A DNA stretch of 64,000 nucleotides from Deltaproteobacteria bacterium (GTDB taxonomy: Bacteria > Desulfobacterota > Binatia > Binatales > Binataceae), in contig DAHVFB010000007.1 in assembly GCA_027317185.1 (NCBI GenBank), positions 1,064 through 65,063 on the forward strand, written 5' to 3'. A program made the translations under genes and the position numbers. Below, piece after piece: positions 1 through 11,432 of the stretch; within the stretch, counting starts at the first letter, position 1, and each line of letters opens with the position of its first letter. Under the pieces are notes generated by a model. That model searched no databases and was not told the origin of the DNA. It saw only the letters and a program-made list of their open reading frames with translations.

Positions 1-47
1 TTTGAGATCAACTTAGCAGAGCGGTCGGTCCACTGGCCAGCTTTCAA

Positions 48-413
48 TCATTCCAAAAGATCAGGAAAGCGGCGGAGACGAAAGGCGGCGGCGAAAGCGT
101 AAATCGCGTCCGGCATGGCAACCGACATCAGCAGCGGATCGGCGAACGCAACCCGCCAGACTTTGGTAGCGGCGGAGGCATACCAGGGGTAGCAAAAAAC
201 AACCCGTCGCTCATCTGGCAAAATTAAGGCGCTCAGGGCCTTGGCCACTGGGCACTCGGCTTCGGCTCTGTGGGTTGCGCCGCGCGGAAGCGCCGCGAGC
301 ACGGGCTCGCCAACTTCGCGTCTTACGGCATTGACCAGTTGGAGTGCGTTCGCGACAAGTTCTGACGCGCATCTTACGCGCATGGCGGACTCCGATGCAG
401 GAGTCATCGGCAT
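48..413 (-). CDS. hypothetical protein downstream of eno (start uncertain; internal Met of the 48..704 ORF chosen to avoid overlap with eno)
   Basis: Same-strand ORF continuing after the eno stop. The C-terminal part is not Arg-rich. No recognisable motif. Confidence 0.2.
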   Translation of the reverse strand: MPMTPASESAMRVRCASELVANALQLVNAVRREVGEPVLAALPRGATHRAEAECPVAKALSALILPDERRVVFCYPWYASAATKVWRVAFADPLLMSVAMPDAIYAFAAAFRLRRFPDLLE

Positions 414-502
414 GCCGCGGGGGCGACAGCGTAACAGCGGACTCCACCGCGTCCCGCGCGATGGTCGCGCGCGGGCGAAATTGCCAGTACCAGCGCAGCA
501 GC

Positions 503-1831
<1,329 letters not shown>

Positions 1832-1956
1832 CTATCAGTCGCGTGTTGATTGCCGGGTTCTATCGATGTCTGATGGTATGCGCAACCGGTGACGGATTAA
1901 ACCGAAAAGGCGCGCCCCTTCCGGTCGCAGATATTAAGAGCCCGAGGCTAGTCATT

Positions 1957-3717
1957 TCAGGTCTGCCCGCTGGCATATTTGGTGAATCGCTCCACCCTGC
2001 TTATCCCTTGCGAAAGACGCCCCCGATGGGCTCGCTGATGGCCGAGCAGGATGTTCAGGATTGCAAGCCTGCCATCTATGCGTCGCATACGATCCAGGAA
2101 AACAGACACCGTAACCGTCGACGCTGCTTCAATCACGTCGAAGCGATCAAGCCATCCGCTTACGCGCTCCTCGATTTGCGCAATCTCCGTCAGAAGGTTT
2201 TCCCGCGTGGCGCCAGAGTAGAGGCGAGACGCTCGATCGCGTTCCAACCCGGACAACACCTTGTCGCCAATCCAATCGGCGCGAAGAATCAAGAGCTCGA
2301 TAAGGGTTCGCGGCAATGGACGCGCCGCCGCGGAAGCGGCTGCCAGGTACTCGACTGCTTCGGAAACGTACAGGGGATTACCGTTAGCTCTGGAAACGAT
2401 CTCGCGCAAGGCGCCGGCCGGAAAGTTGAGGCCAGTGTAAGATGGCGACGCTTCGACAAGCTGCTTGATTTCGTTATTGGACAGCGGGGTGAGCCGAAAC
2501 CGGAACTCGACCATGGAGGAATTCATTTCCTCAGCCTGAACGAATGATGGCCGGTAAGAGAGAATTGTCAGGGACCGATCAAGACTCCCGATCATCTCCG
2601 ACATGCGGCTGCGCGATTGCCAGTCGATCCAGTGCACGTCGTCGATGACCATCAGTGTCTGGCCACCCAGTTTTCGGAGCCGGTCCAGAATTTCCGTCAC
2701 CGAGGGCATTGATGAACCGCCATCAAGGGCGCCGCTACCGAGGGGTTCAATTAGCCGGAGCCAGGATCGGCCCGCATAGTCGCCATAGGGCACGCCGCTG
2801 CAACCGAGTCGCGTCCAGCCGTCGAGAACACCCGATCGATCGCCTCCGCCCAGCCATTCACGGATGAGACGGGACTTGCCCTGCCCTGCCTCACCGATAA
2901 GACGACAGACCACGGCTGTATTGGCGGCCAGACGGAGCGCCACGTCCAACTGCTCCGCAACCTCATCTCTCCCGACCATTGGCGTCCTGTCCAGACCTAC
3001 ATGAGCGGTTCCGGAACGCTCGTCCTTCCGGCCCAGCAGCTCGAATACCGTGAATCCGCCCTCCATCCTGGAGAGGTTGAGATTCAGACCATTGAAATCG
3101 AATTGATCCACTATTCGCAGATATGCCGACTGGCCGAAGAACACCCGTCCCGGCTGAGCGAGCGACGCCAGGCGAAAAGCTTGCGCCGTGGAATTCGACT
3201 CAGCACTCAACACCACGCCCAGCGCTGTGTTGAGTGCTGAAGATTTGTCCAGCGCGGTCCCCAGCAATCCAAGCTTCCTTATAGCCAAAGCTGCCCGGGC
3301 CGCCTGTTCGGGACCGCCGCCAGCATCGGTCCAACACGCGATGGCGCCGCGCCGGCGAATGATCCGAACAATTCCACCGAATGCGGCAAATCGCGCGAGT
3401 ATTTCCTTGAAGCTGTTGCGCGCGTGGGCGGTAACGCTGGCGGTTTTCGAGCCGGATCTCAACTCGACCGCTATGATTGCGGCGCCGATCGCTTCCTGAA
3501 CATCCTCCGGCTCTCCTTCCGCCGGAACGACTCGGCAGATGCGCTCGTTGTGCTCGCAGCCATGCAACCAGGTAGCGCAGTCGTTGCAGTAATCCCAATC
3601 GGCCGGCCAATGACTGTGACACCGTGGACATTCGCGAAGGGTAACCTCGCTCGAAGAAACGACGAGGTGAGGCCATCCCGGTGTTGAGTGTTTAGGTGAG
3701 TGTTTAAAGGAAGCCAA
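1957..3717 (-). CDS. signal-transduction ATPase: N-terminal double zinc ribbon (CPRC..CNDC), adenylate/guanylate cyclase-like domain, P-loop NTPase (GEAGQGKSRL .. MVIDDVHWID), STAND-like
   Basis: Cys pairs at the N-terminus. A cyclase-homology-like segment. Walker A GxxGxGKS and Walker B hhhhDD. No C-terminal HTH seen. Confidence 0.5.
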   Translation of the reverse strand: MASFKHSPKHSTPGWPHLVVSSSEVTLRECPRCHSHWPADWDYCNDCATWLHGCEHNERICRVVPAEGEPEDVQEAIGAAIIAVELRSGSKTASVTAHARNSFKEILARFAAFGGIVRIIRRRGAIACWTDAGGGPEQAARAALAIRKLGLLGTALDKSSALNTALGVVLSAESNSTAQAFRLASLAQPGRVFFGQSAYLRIVDQFDFNGLNLNLSRMEGGFTVFELLGRKDERSGTAHVGLDRTPMVGRDEVAEQLDVALRLAANTAVVCRLIGEAGQGKSRLIREWLGGGDRSGVLDGWTRLGCSGVPYGDYAGRSWLRLIEPLGSGALDGGSSMPSVTEILDRLRKLGGQTLMVIDDVHWIDWQSRSRMSEMIGSLDRSLTILSYRPSFVQAEEMNSSMVEFRFRLTPLSNNEIKQLVEASPSYTGLNFPAGALREIVSRANGNPLYVSEAVEYLAAASAAARPLPRTLIELLILRADWIGDKVLSGLERDRASRLYSGATRENLLTEIAQIEERVSGWLDRFDVIEAASTVTVSVFLDRMRRIDGRLAILNILLGHQRAHRGRLSQGISRVERFTKYASGQT

Positions 3718-3789
3718 CGTGAAAATCCTGTGATGCCAGCCATCGCAGGAGTCATTGGCCGCTACGAAAACGGCAGGTTGTCAGAAGGC

Positions 3790-3951
3790 GGACTCCACCA
3801 CCCCAGCTACATAAGATACGCAATACAACTTCCCTAGATCAAGACGAATTGAAAAGGTCGATATTGGTTCGGCGGGCCAGCGCCGAACCACGCTGCTGTT
3901 GCTTCCTAGTAAGATTATGCTATTGTCCGCACGCTGGTGGTGGAGTTCACC
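3790..3951. repeat. 12-bp inverted repeat (GGACTCCACCACC / GGTGGTGGAGTtC) enclosing a 10-bp perfect hairpin (TGGTTCGGCG-ggccag-CGCCGAACCA), in a lower-GC divergent intergenic region
   Basis: Read directly from the sequence. Function unknown (small RNA, MITE remnant or operator). Confidence 0.3.
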
Positions 3952-4050
3952 GTAACCGCTCTTCCTGACGGAATAGCCAATAACTCCTAAGGCAATGAAT
4001 TTGTCTTGGGAGTTTTTTTTGCTGCGTTTTGTCTGCGGAGAGGATGAAAA

Positions 4051-4779
4051 ATGGACTCCAATCGACTCGCGCCGCTTTCGTTTGCTGCAAGCTCTTCAGC
4101 TCCTTACCACAACCTTAGAAAATGGACTGCGGATTGGACCCTGACCGGCCATGATCGTAGACCGCCCCATTCGCCTGGCGTATACCCCTTATGGCGCCTG
4201 ATTGCGGGTAGAAGCGGCCGTGGAAGGCCGGGCGGTCTCTTGGTAGCATGGACACTCTGGGAGCGATGCGCCAATCGGATATGGCCTTCCAGATCGATTC
4301 CAGGTGCGCCTTTTGGCCTGCTGCGATTCCGTCCGATGCGATACTGCGGTAATCCGCTGCTATTGCCCGACGGCGCCCTTATAGTTCCTGGCGATCTGGT
4401 AGGCGAGCTTCACTGCAACAATACTGCCCTCGCCACCCTCATTGAGTTCCGTGAGATAAGCCGGCTGCGTGCGTGCCGCGCCGATCTTAACAGCCTCGGG
4501 CGCTGGCTCGGGCAAAGCGGCGAGCTTCCCACGCTCAAGGCATTCTACGGCGTAACTCTCCTCTGGTGGGCCGCTGCGAGACTGGGATTCAACGTCCGAG
4601 AGCGGCAAGCACCATTACGTAATTGGTTCGACTGGATCTTTATGGGCGGGCTTCTGTTGATTTACGCAGCCGATGGAGCTACCCGAGCAAAACTCGGAAC
4701 CACTCTGAGCCGTACACCTCGCGAAGTTTGGATTTCACGTAAAGAACTCTCGCGTGGATACGCGGACAGTGTACGGTAA
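4051..4779 (+). CDS. hypothetical protein
   Basis: ORF with a strong RBS (GGAGAGGATgaaaaATG). No recognisable domain. Confidence 0.4.
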   Translation: MDSNRLAPLSFAASSSAPYHNLRKWTADWTLTGHDRRPPHSPGVYPLWRLIAGRSGRGRPGGLLVAWTLWERCANRIWPSRSIPGAPFGLLRFRPMRYCGNPLLLPDGALIVPGDLVGELHCNNTALATLIEFREISRLRACRADLNSLGRWLGQSGELPTLKAFYGVTLLWWAAARLGFNVRERQAPLRNWFDWIFMGGLLLIYAADGATRAKLGTTLSRTPREVWISRKELSRGYADSVR

Positions 4780-4868
4780 TTGCATTCGCTCCAAGTGGAA
4801 GAGGGATTACTCCGCGATCGAATGCTCCTTTACTCGAACTTTGAGATGATCGGCGAGGAGGAACAATC

Positions 4869-6044
<1,176 letters not shown>

Positions 6045-6194
6045 TCGCTGGACGTGGAGGATGGCGCTTGGGTGCGAGTCTCGCGTTGGATGGAGACCGA
6101 TGAGTCGTGAACGATGAGACAAATTCTGTGTCTCTGGGAAGTATCGTTGCATAGGTCGAACGGACTGCCGAAAATCGTGCGCATGGAACTGATT

Positions 6195-6252
6195 ACGGTG
6201 ATGAGGTTCCACCGAAACCGCTCCAGGCTTGTGTGATCTGGTGAACCCTACT
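6195..6252 (+). ncRNA. fluoride riboswitch (crcB motif), copy 1
   Basis: GGUGAUGAGGUUCCACCGAAACCGCUCC..P3(CCAG/CUGG)..UGAACCCUAC matches the crcB-motif core (GGnGAUGnnGUUCnCC .. AACCGC .. CCUAC). The loop GAGGUU can form the pseudoknot with AACCCU. It sits directly upstream of DUF190-CBS and crcB. Confidence 0.75.
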
Positions 6253-6283
6253 GCTGTTGATCATGCGTAGGGAGCTTTTTTTG
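6246..6283 (+). terminator. intrinsic terminator / expression platform of riboswitch 1
   Basis: CCCTAC-15 nt-GTAGGG stem followed by TTTTTTT. The 5' arm overlaps the CCUAC pseudoknot strand of the aptamer. Confidence 0.65.
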
Positions 6284-6409
6284 GGAGGTCTCTGCCGAAA
6301 GGTAAAGGGTCCTTTTGTGATCGTGAACATCGCCCATCTGATACGCTTTCGGAAGCGCGGTCCGCAGGGGCGCGCCAGCGCTTTCGCAATGCCAGGAGGG
6401 CAGTGATCA

Positions 6410-7690
6410 ATGTTCACCGGAAGGGCTAAACAGATCACGATCTTTATCGGCGAAACGGATCAATACCATCACCAGGCGCTGTATATGGCGATTATCGAGA
6501 TGCTCCGGCGCGAGGGCTGCAGCGGCGCGACTGCGACTCGCGGCGTGGCGGGCTTTGGGGCCTCATCGTTGATTCACACCGCGATGATTCTTCGACTGTC
6601 CTTCGATCAGCCACTCGTGATCACAGTCGTGGACCGCCCCGAGCGGATCGATCGCGTCCTCGCTCCTCTGCGGGAAATGGCTCCGAACGCCCTGATCACG
6701 GTTCAGGAAGTGGAAGTCGTCCAATCGGGTGCTCCCTTCAAAGAGGGACTGCCCGATTTGAAAGTTTCCGAAGTGATGCGTCGTGAAGTCGCCACGGTGC
6801 ATCCCGACAGCGCAATTACCCAAGTTGTCGAATTGTTGCTGGATAAGGACTTCACGGCGGTGCCGGTGATCGACGATGAGGGCAGGGTTGTCGGGATGGT
6901 GAGCGACAACGACCTGCTGACGCGCGGCGGGATGAACGTCACGATCAGTCTGAAAAAGGCGACCGATTTGGATTATGTGCGCGAGCTTCACGAGTCTCTT
7001 GAGAACGCGAACCGCAAAGTGTCGGAAGTGATGACGCGCGAGGTGGTGACGACTACTCCCGACGCCATTCTCGGACGAGCGGCCAGACTGATGGTCGAAA
7101 AACATCTCAAGCGGCTACCGGTCGTGAACAGCGATGGAAGGCTGGTGGGCATCCTGGGCCGCCTGGATGTTTTGAACACGATTGCGGCGGTCCATCTGCC
7201 GGAGTGGCATCCCGAGGCGCATGCCAACGGCGCACAGTCTACGGTGGCCGGCGTGATGACCCGCGAAGTTCCCACCGTCCACGAAACTGCGACAGTTGAA
7301 GAAATTTTCGATCTGCTCGTTTCATCGTCGCACAAGCGGGTAGTCGTGGTGGACGACAAAAGGCATGTTGTTGGAATTGTCGCCGACTCTGATTTGATTT
7401 CGAAGGTGAGCCGTGAGAGCTGGCCGGGGATAATGGAAATCCTCATCTCCAAGGTTCCAATCGGCCGAGTCAGCGCAGAAGCGCGCAAGCACATCCAGAA
7501 GTTGCGTGCCCGCTCCGCAAAGGAACTGATGACGCGCAACGTCGTCACGGTTCGCGAGAAGATGCCCGTGGCGAGCGCCTTGGCGTTGTCTGCGGAAAAG
7601 CGGGTTAAGCGGCTGCCGGTGGTGGACGCTGAAGGCGAGCTGGTAGGAATCGTCGGACGCACGGAAATGATGCGCGCACTGCTGGCCTAA
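6410..7690 (+). CDS. DUF190 (PII-like, COG1993) domain fused to four CBS domains
   Basis: N-terminal ITIFIGETDQYHHQALYMAIIEMLRREGCSGATATRGVAGFG is DUF190-like. It is followed by two CBS pairs (repeated h..VhT..P..VVDD.G.hVGIVS..DL). Confidence 0.85.
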   Translation: MFTGRAKQITIFIGETDQYHHQALYMAIIEMLRREGCSGATATRGVAGFGASSLIHTAMILRLSFDQPLVITVVDRPERIDRVLAPLREMAPNALITVQEVEVVQSGAPFKEGLPDLKVSEVMRREVATVHPDSAITQVVELLLDKDFTAVPVIDDEGRVVGMVSDNDLLTRGGMNVTISLKKATDLDYVRELHESLENANRKVSEVMTREVVTTTPDAILGRAARLMVEKHLKRLPVVNSDGRLVGILGRLDVLNTIAAVHLPEWHPEAHANGAQSTVAGVMTREVPTVHETATVEEIFDLLVSSSHKRVVVVDDKRHVVGIVADSDLISKVSRESWPGIMEILISKVPIGRVSAEARKHIQKLRARSAKELMTRNVVTVREKMPVASALALSAEKRVKRLPVVDAEGELVGIVGRTEMMRALLA

Positions 7691-7715
7691 ACCGCGACAT
7701 GGAGGAACTTGGAGA

Positions 7716-8090
7716 GTGCTGGGAGTTTTGTTTGTCGCGATTGGCGGGGCCATCGGGTCGGCGACTCGTTATCTGGTGGGCGGATGGTTTGCATCCCGGT
7801 TTGGCCCGTCGTTTCCGTACGGAACCTTCGTGATCAATGTGACAGGGAGCTTCATTATTGGACTTTTCCTCGCATTTGCTCAGGAGCGGGTTTCGCTCAG
7901 CCCTTATTGGCGACTGTTCTTTGCGGTGGGCGTTGTCGGAGGCTATACTACCTTTTCGACCTTCGAGTATGAGTCGGTTCGATTGCTTCAGGATGGGGAG
8001 ATGCTGCTGGGGTCAGTTTATCTGGTAGGGAGCGTTGCGATGGGCGCTATCGGCGCCGTGGCCGGAATCACGCTTGGCAGTTGGATTTGA
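7716..8090 (+). CDS. crcB: fluoride ion channel CrcB/Fluc
   Basis: 124 aa, 4-TM. Motifs GGAIGSATRY and GGYTTFSTF are typical of CrcB. Confidence 0.9.
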   Translation: MLGVLFVAIGGAIGSATRYLVGGWFASRFGPSFPYGTFVINVTGSFIIGLFLAFAQERVSLSPYWRLFFAVGVVGGYTTFSTFEYESVRLLQDGEMLLGSVYLVGSVAMGAIGAVAGITLGSWI

Positions 8091-8110
8091 TTTCGCCGCC
8101 CAGATTCCAA

Positions 8111-8139
8111 TTGACAGTCGGACAGCGCCTGCTACACTT
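8111..8139 (+). promoter_or_regulatory. candidate sigma70 promoter (TTGACA-16-TACACT) upstream of riboswitch 2
   Basis: Hexamers read from the sequence. Weak -10. Confidence 0.25.
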
Positions 8140-8153
8140 CTATGGACAGCGTT

Positions 8154-8210
8154 GGTGATGGGGTTCACCGCCACAACCGCCCTTTCCTGAGCAGGGCTGA
8201 TAACCCCTAC
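8154..8210 (+). ncRNA. fluoride riboswitch (crcB motif), copy 2
   Basis: GGUGAUGGGGUUCACCGCCACAACCGCCC-uuuccugagc-AGGGCUGAUAACCCCUAC is a near-consensus crcB motif. P1 is GGUG/CACC, P3 is GCCCU/AGGGC, and the pseudoknot is GGGGUU/AACCCC. Confidence 0.85.
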
Positions 8211-8241
8211 CGAGGTGTACGCCGGTAGGGGTTGATTTGTT
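8204..8241 (+). terminator. intrinsic terminator / expression platform of riboswitch 2
   Basis: Perfect 9-bp stem CCCCTACCG / CGGTAGGGG with a 10-nt loop, followed by TTGATTTGTT. The 5' arm overlaps the pseudoknot strand. Confidence 0.7.
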
Positions 8242-8340
8242 CAGGTTCCCTACTTGGTCATTCGAAATCTCTCCCGATCAGCACTTTCCACGCGCTGAAG
8301 GGGAGAGATATAACGCCGCATGGAGTGAGCGTAGCGGAGG

Positions 8341-9291
8341 ATGGCGCGTTCGGTCGGGTTCAACCTGCTTCAAGTGCTGTTCGTTGTCGCGCTGGCTCCG
8401 CTGGCGTCGGGCGTGTTGTCGCGCCTGAAGGAGATCGTTCAATCGCGGCGCGGTCCCAGCATTTTTCAGCCCTATCGCGACCTTCGAAAGCTGTTCAACA
8501 AAGACGAAGTCGTTTCGGAACACGCTTCGTGGATCTTCCGGTTTACGCCGTATGTCGTGTTTGTCGCGCCGATCTTCGTGACCACGTTGATTCCGGTGCT
8601 TACGAACTATCCGCTCTTTTTCGCCTTCATGGGCGATATGCTGGGCGGTGGGTTTGTGCTCGCGCTGGGTGGGTTTTTCGCGACGCTCGCCGCCGTGGAT
8701 ACCGCTAATCCTTACGGTGCGATGGGCGCGAGCCGGACACGGATGGTCGGCTTCCTTGCAGAACCGGTCTTCATGATCGTTTTCTTTACGGTTTCGTTCG
8801 TGGCTGGTTCTACAATCCCCTACATCGTGCAGCAGCATTGGGTGACGCCGCTCACAAACTTTTTCGCGCCATCGCACGTGCTGCTGGTGATTGCGTTTAT
8901 CATGCTCATCCTCGCCGAGGCGGGCCGCATTCCGGTGGACAATCCGGCGGGCCATTTCGAACTCGCCATGATCGACGAATCGAAAAGCCTCGAGTATTCG
9001 GGTCCCGGCATGGCGCTGATGAAATGGGGCGGTCAGATGAAGCTGCTCGTGCTGATATGTATTCTGCTCAACGTGTTGGTTACACCGTGGGGACTTGCCG
9101 GCGGCCGGAGCACCGCCGAAGTCCTGCTGGCGGCGCCGCTGGTGCTGTTCAAGGTGGGGATTTTTCTACTCGTGCTGGTGGTGATTGAATCCTCGTTCGC
9201 TAAATTGCGGCTCTTTCGGGTCAGTGAGTTTCTGGGCGCTGCTTTCGTAACCTCGGTCGTCGCAATGATCACCGGGCTATTGAGCTTTTAG
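8341..9291 (+). CDS. membrane subunit of complex-I/hydrogenase-4 type (NuoH/HycD/HyfC-like)
   Basis: 316-aa polytopic protein with NuoH/HycD-family topology and conserved charged loops. Confidence 0.8.
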   Translation: MARSVGFNLLQVLFVVALAPLASGVLSRLKEIVQSRRGPSIFQPYRDLRKLFNKDEVVSEHASWIFRFTPYVVFVAPIFVTTLIPVLTNYPLFFAFMGDMLGGGFVLALGGFFATLAAVDTANPYGAMGASRTRMVGFLAEPVFMIVFFTVSFVAGSTIPYIVQQHWVTPLTNFFAPSHVLLVIAFIMLILAEAGRIPVDNPAGHFELAMIDESKSLEYSGPGMALMKWGGQMKLLVLICILLNVLVTPWGLAGGRSTAEVLLAAPLVLFKVGIFLLVLVVIESSFAKLRLFRVSEFLGAAFVTSVVAMITGLLSF

Positions 9292-9303
9292 CCGGAGAAT
9301 CAA

Positions 9304-9984
9304 GTGGCGAACTCAAACGCACTGTTGACCTCGCTGAACGGGTTGGCCGCGGGTCTGTTCCTTATGAGTTCATTCGGGCTGGCGGCAACCCGCCAGATGC
9401 AGGGGTGCCTGCGATTCTACATTACCCAGTCGATATGCCTGGTTGTGTCCGCACTATTACTCGGACTTGGTTTGCATGCTCCGGACTTGCTGGCGGTGGC
9501 CGTGCTCGACGCGGTCGTAAAGCCTATCGTGATCCCTGTGTTGCTTCGACGCACGGTACCCGAGGCGGTTTTTCGAAGACGCGAGATCGCTCAGGTGCTG
9601 AATATTCCCAGTTCGCTTCTGATCGCGCTTGCGCTGACTCTGTTGGCGTATTTCCTGAGCGGATATCTCCCGCCCGCCACGGGGAGCCTGGCAAGCATCA
9701 ATCTCCCGGTTGGCCTTGCCGGGCTATTCATCGGCGTTTACACGCTCACGGTCCGGCGGGAGGCGGTGCCTCAACTGATTGGAATCTTTGGCATCGAGAA
9801 CGGCGCTCTTCTTTGCGGCTTCGCGATTGCGTCTGGCCTGCCGCTGGTCATCGAGATGGCCTTCCCGTTCGACATGCTGATCATCGCGCTGGTGATCGGA
9901 ATTCTGACGCGGATGACGCACGAACGCGTTGGAACGACTGAAGTCGGCGGCTTCACCAGTCTTCGGGAAGGTATCGGCAAGTGA
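9304..9984 (+). CDS. small membrane subunit (HyfE / NuoK-like)
   Basis: 226 aa, about 7 TM. Position and hydropathy match HyfE-type subunits. Confidence 0.6.
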   Translation: MANSNALLTSLNGLAAGLFLMSSFGLAATRQMQGCLRFYITQSICLVVSALLLGLGLHAPDLLAVAVLDAVVKPIVIPVLLRRTVPEAVFRRREIAQVLNIPSSLLIALALTLLAYFLSGYLPPATGSLASINLPVGLAGLFIGVYTLTVRREAVPQLIGIFGIENGALLCGFAIASGLPLVIEMAFPFDMLIIALVIGILTRMTHERVGTTEVGGFTSLREGIGK

Positions 9985-11429
9985 TCCTCTTATTTATACT
10001 CGGCCTTCTGCTAATGGCCGCGTTGATTTCAGCGCTCCCGCTCGGTCGCCGTGTTGCGCCCGCTGTAACCGTTGCTACGTGTGTCGCCGTACTGGTGCTA
10101 ACGGTCGCGGCGGCGCTGCGAGTCGTGGCGGGAGAATCGGTGGTTACAATACGGAACTGGATCGCGATTGACGGACTGAGTGCGTTGATATTGCTGCTGG
10201 TGGCGACGGTGGGGAGCACAGCGGCTCTTTTTTCCTGGGGCTACATTGCTCGGGAGAAGAGTTCCCGTCATCTGCGCCGCTATTACGCGAATTACAACCT
10301 GTTTGTCTTCGCGATGCTCTCGGTGCCGATGCTGGACGAACCGAACCTGGTGTGGACCGGAGTGGAACTGACCACGATACTTTCTGTTTATTTGGTCGCA
10401 TTTGAAAATACCGGCGAAGCCCTGGAGGCGGCGTGGAAGTATTCAGTGCTCACGATCATGGGGGGAGCGATCGCTCTGCTTGGATTCCTCGCACTATACG
10501 CTGCGACGCGGGGCCGGTATGCGGAAGGGGCTTATACCTGGCGCACACTAATCGTGCTGGCGCCCGGCGTTTCGCCGCGCGTGCTCGAGACCGCGTTCGT
10601 TCTGATTCTCGTTGGGTTCGGGGCCAAGGCGGGGTTGGTTCCGTTGCATACGTGGCTGCCCGACGCGCATAGCCAGGCGCCGAGCCCGATATGCGCCCTG
10701 CTTTCCGGTATCAAGACAACCGTCATCCTGTACGTGATATTGCGCCTCATCCCAGTATTGAACTCGTCTGGAAAGATAGATGTCGACGAGTGGGCGATGG
10801 TCGTAGGATTGTTCTCGGTGGGTATCGCCGCGTTTCTGATTATTCAGGTGACTGACTATAAACGCCTGTTCGCATTCTCCACGGTCGAGCATATGGGAAT
10901 CATCCTGACCGCGGCGGGGATTGGCGGCGCCGCGGGTCATTACGGCGCCGTATATCAAATTCTCAATCACACGCTGACCAAGTCGTTTTGTTTTTTTGCG
11001 GCCGGGGCAACATTGCTCGCGGTGGACACGCGACAAATCGCGGACGTCCGGGGGCTGATACGAACCTCACCGCCGGCGGGCGTGGCCCTCCTGTTTGGGG
11101 GAATCGCGATCGCCGGCGCTCCGCCGCTCGCGGTCTTTCTGAGCGAATTTTCGATCCTGCGCTCAGGAATCGCGAAGCAACACTACGTTGCAACCGCTTT
11201 GCTCGCTGGATTCGTTATAGTCGCTTTTTTCGGCATTCTCTATCACCTTAACCGGATGGTCTTCGGGCAGCCAGACCCGGCAATCGAAAGCGCCGCTCCG
11301 ATAAGACTGCCGGTGAGTTGCGTACTGACCCTCATTCTGGCCGCGGCACCCATCATCATACTCGGGGTCTATATGCCAGAGCCGCTCCACAAGCTCCTTC
11401 TAATGGCTGCGGACGGTCTGACGAGGTGA
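9981..11429 (+). CDS. Mrp/NuoN-type antiporter-like subunit (HyfF/NuoN-like)
   Basis: WLPDAHSQAPSPICALLSGIKTT and other proton-pumping antiporter-family motifs. 482 aa. Confidence 0.85.
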   Translation: MILLFILGLLLMAALISALPLGRRVAPAVTVATCVAVLVLTVAAALRVVAGESVVTIRNWIAIDGLSALILLLVATVGSTAALFSWGYIAREKSSRHLRRYYANYNLFVFAMLSVPMLDEPNLVWTGVELTTILSVYLVAFENTGEALEAAWKYSVLTIMGGAIALLGFLALYAATRGRYAEGAYTWRTLIVLAPGVSPRVLETAFVLILVGFGAKAGLVPLHTWLPDAHSQAPSPICALLSGIKTTVILYVILRLIPVLNSSGKIDVDEWAMVVGLFSVGIAAFLIIQVTDYKRLFAFSTVEHMGIILTAAGIGGAAGHYGAVYQILNHTLTKSFCFFAAGATLLAVDTRQIADVRGLIRTSPPAGVALLFGGIAIAGAPPLAVFLSEFSILRSGIAKQHYVATALLAGFVIVAFFGILYHLNRMVFGQPDPAIESAAPIRLPVSCVLTLILAAAPIIILGVYMPEPLHKLLLMAADGLTR

Positions 11430-11432
11430 GCG

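Noticed and set aside
8232-8955. ORFs 8232..8708 (+), 8237..8428 (+) and 8278..8955 (-) spanning the riboswitch-2 terminator and the Ehr operon start
   Set aside because: They begin inside the terminator hairpin or run antisense to, or out of frame with, the NuoH-like gene. The compositions are Arg-rich and there is no RBS.
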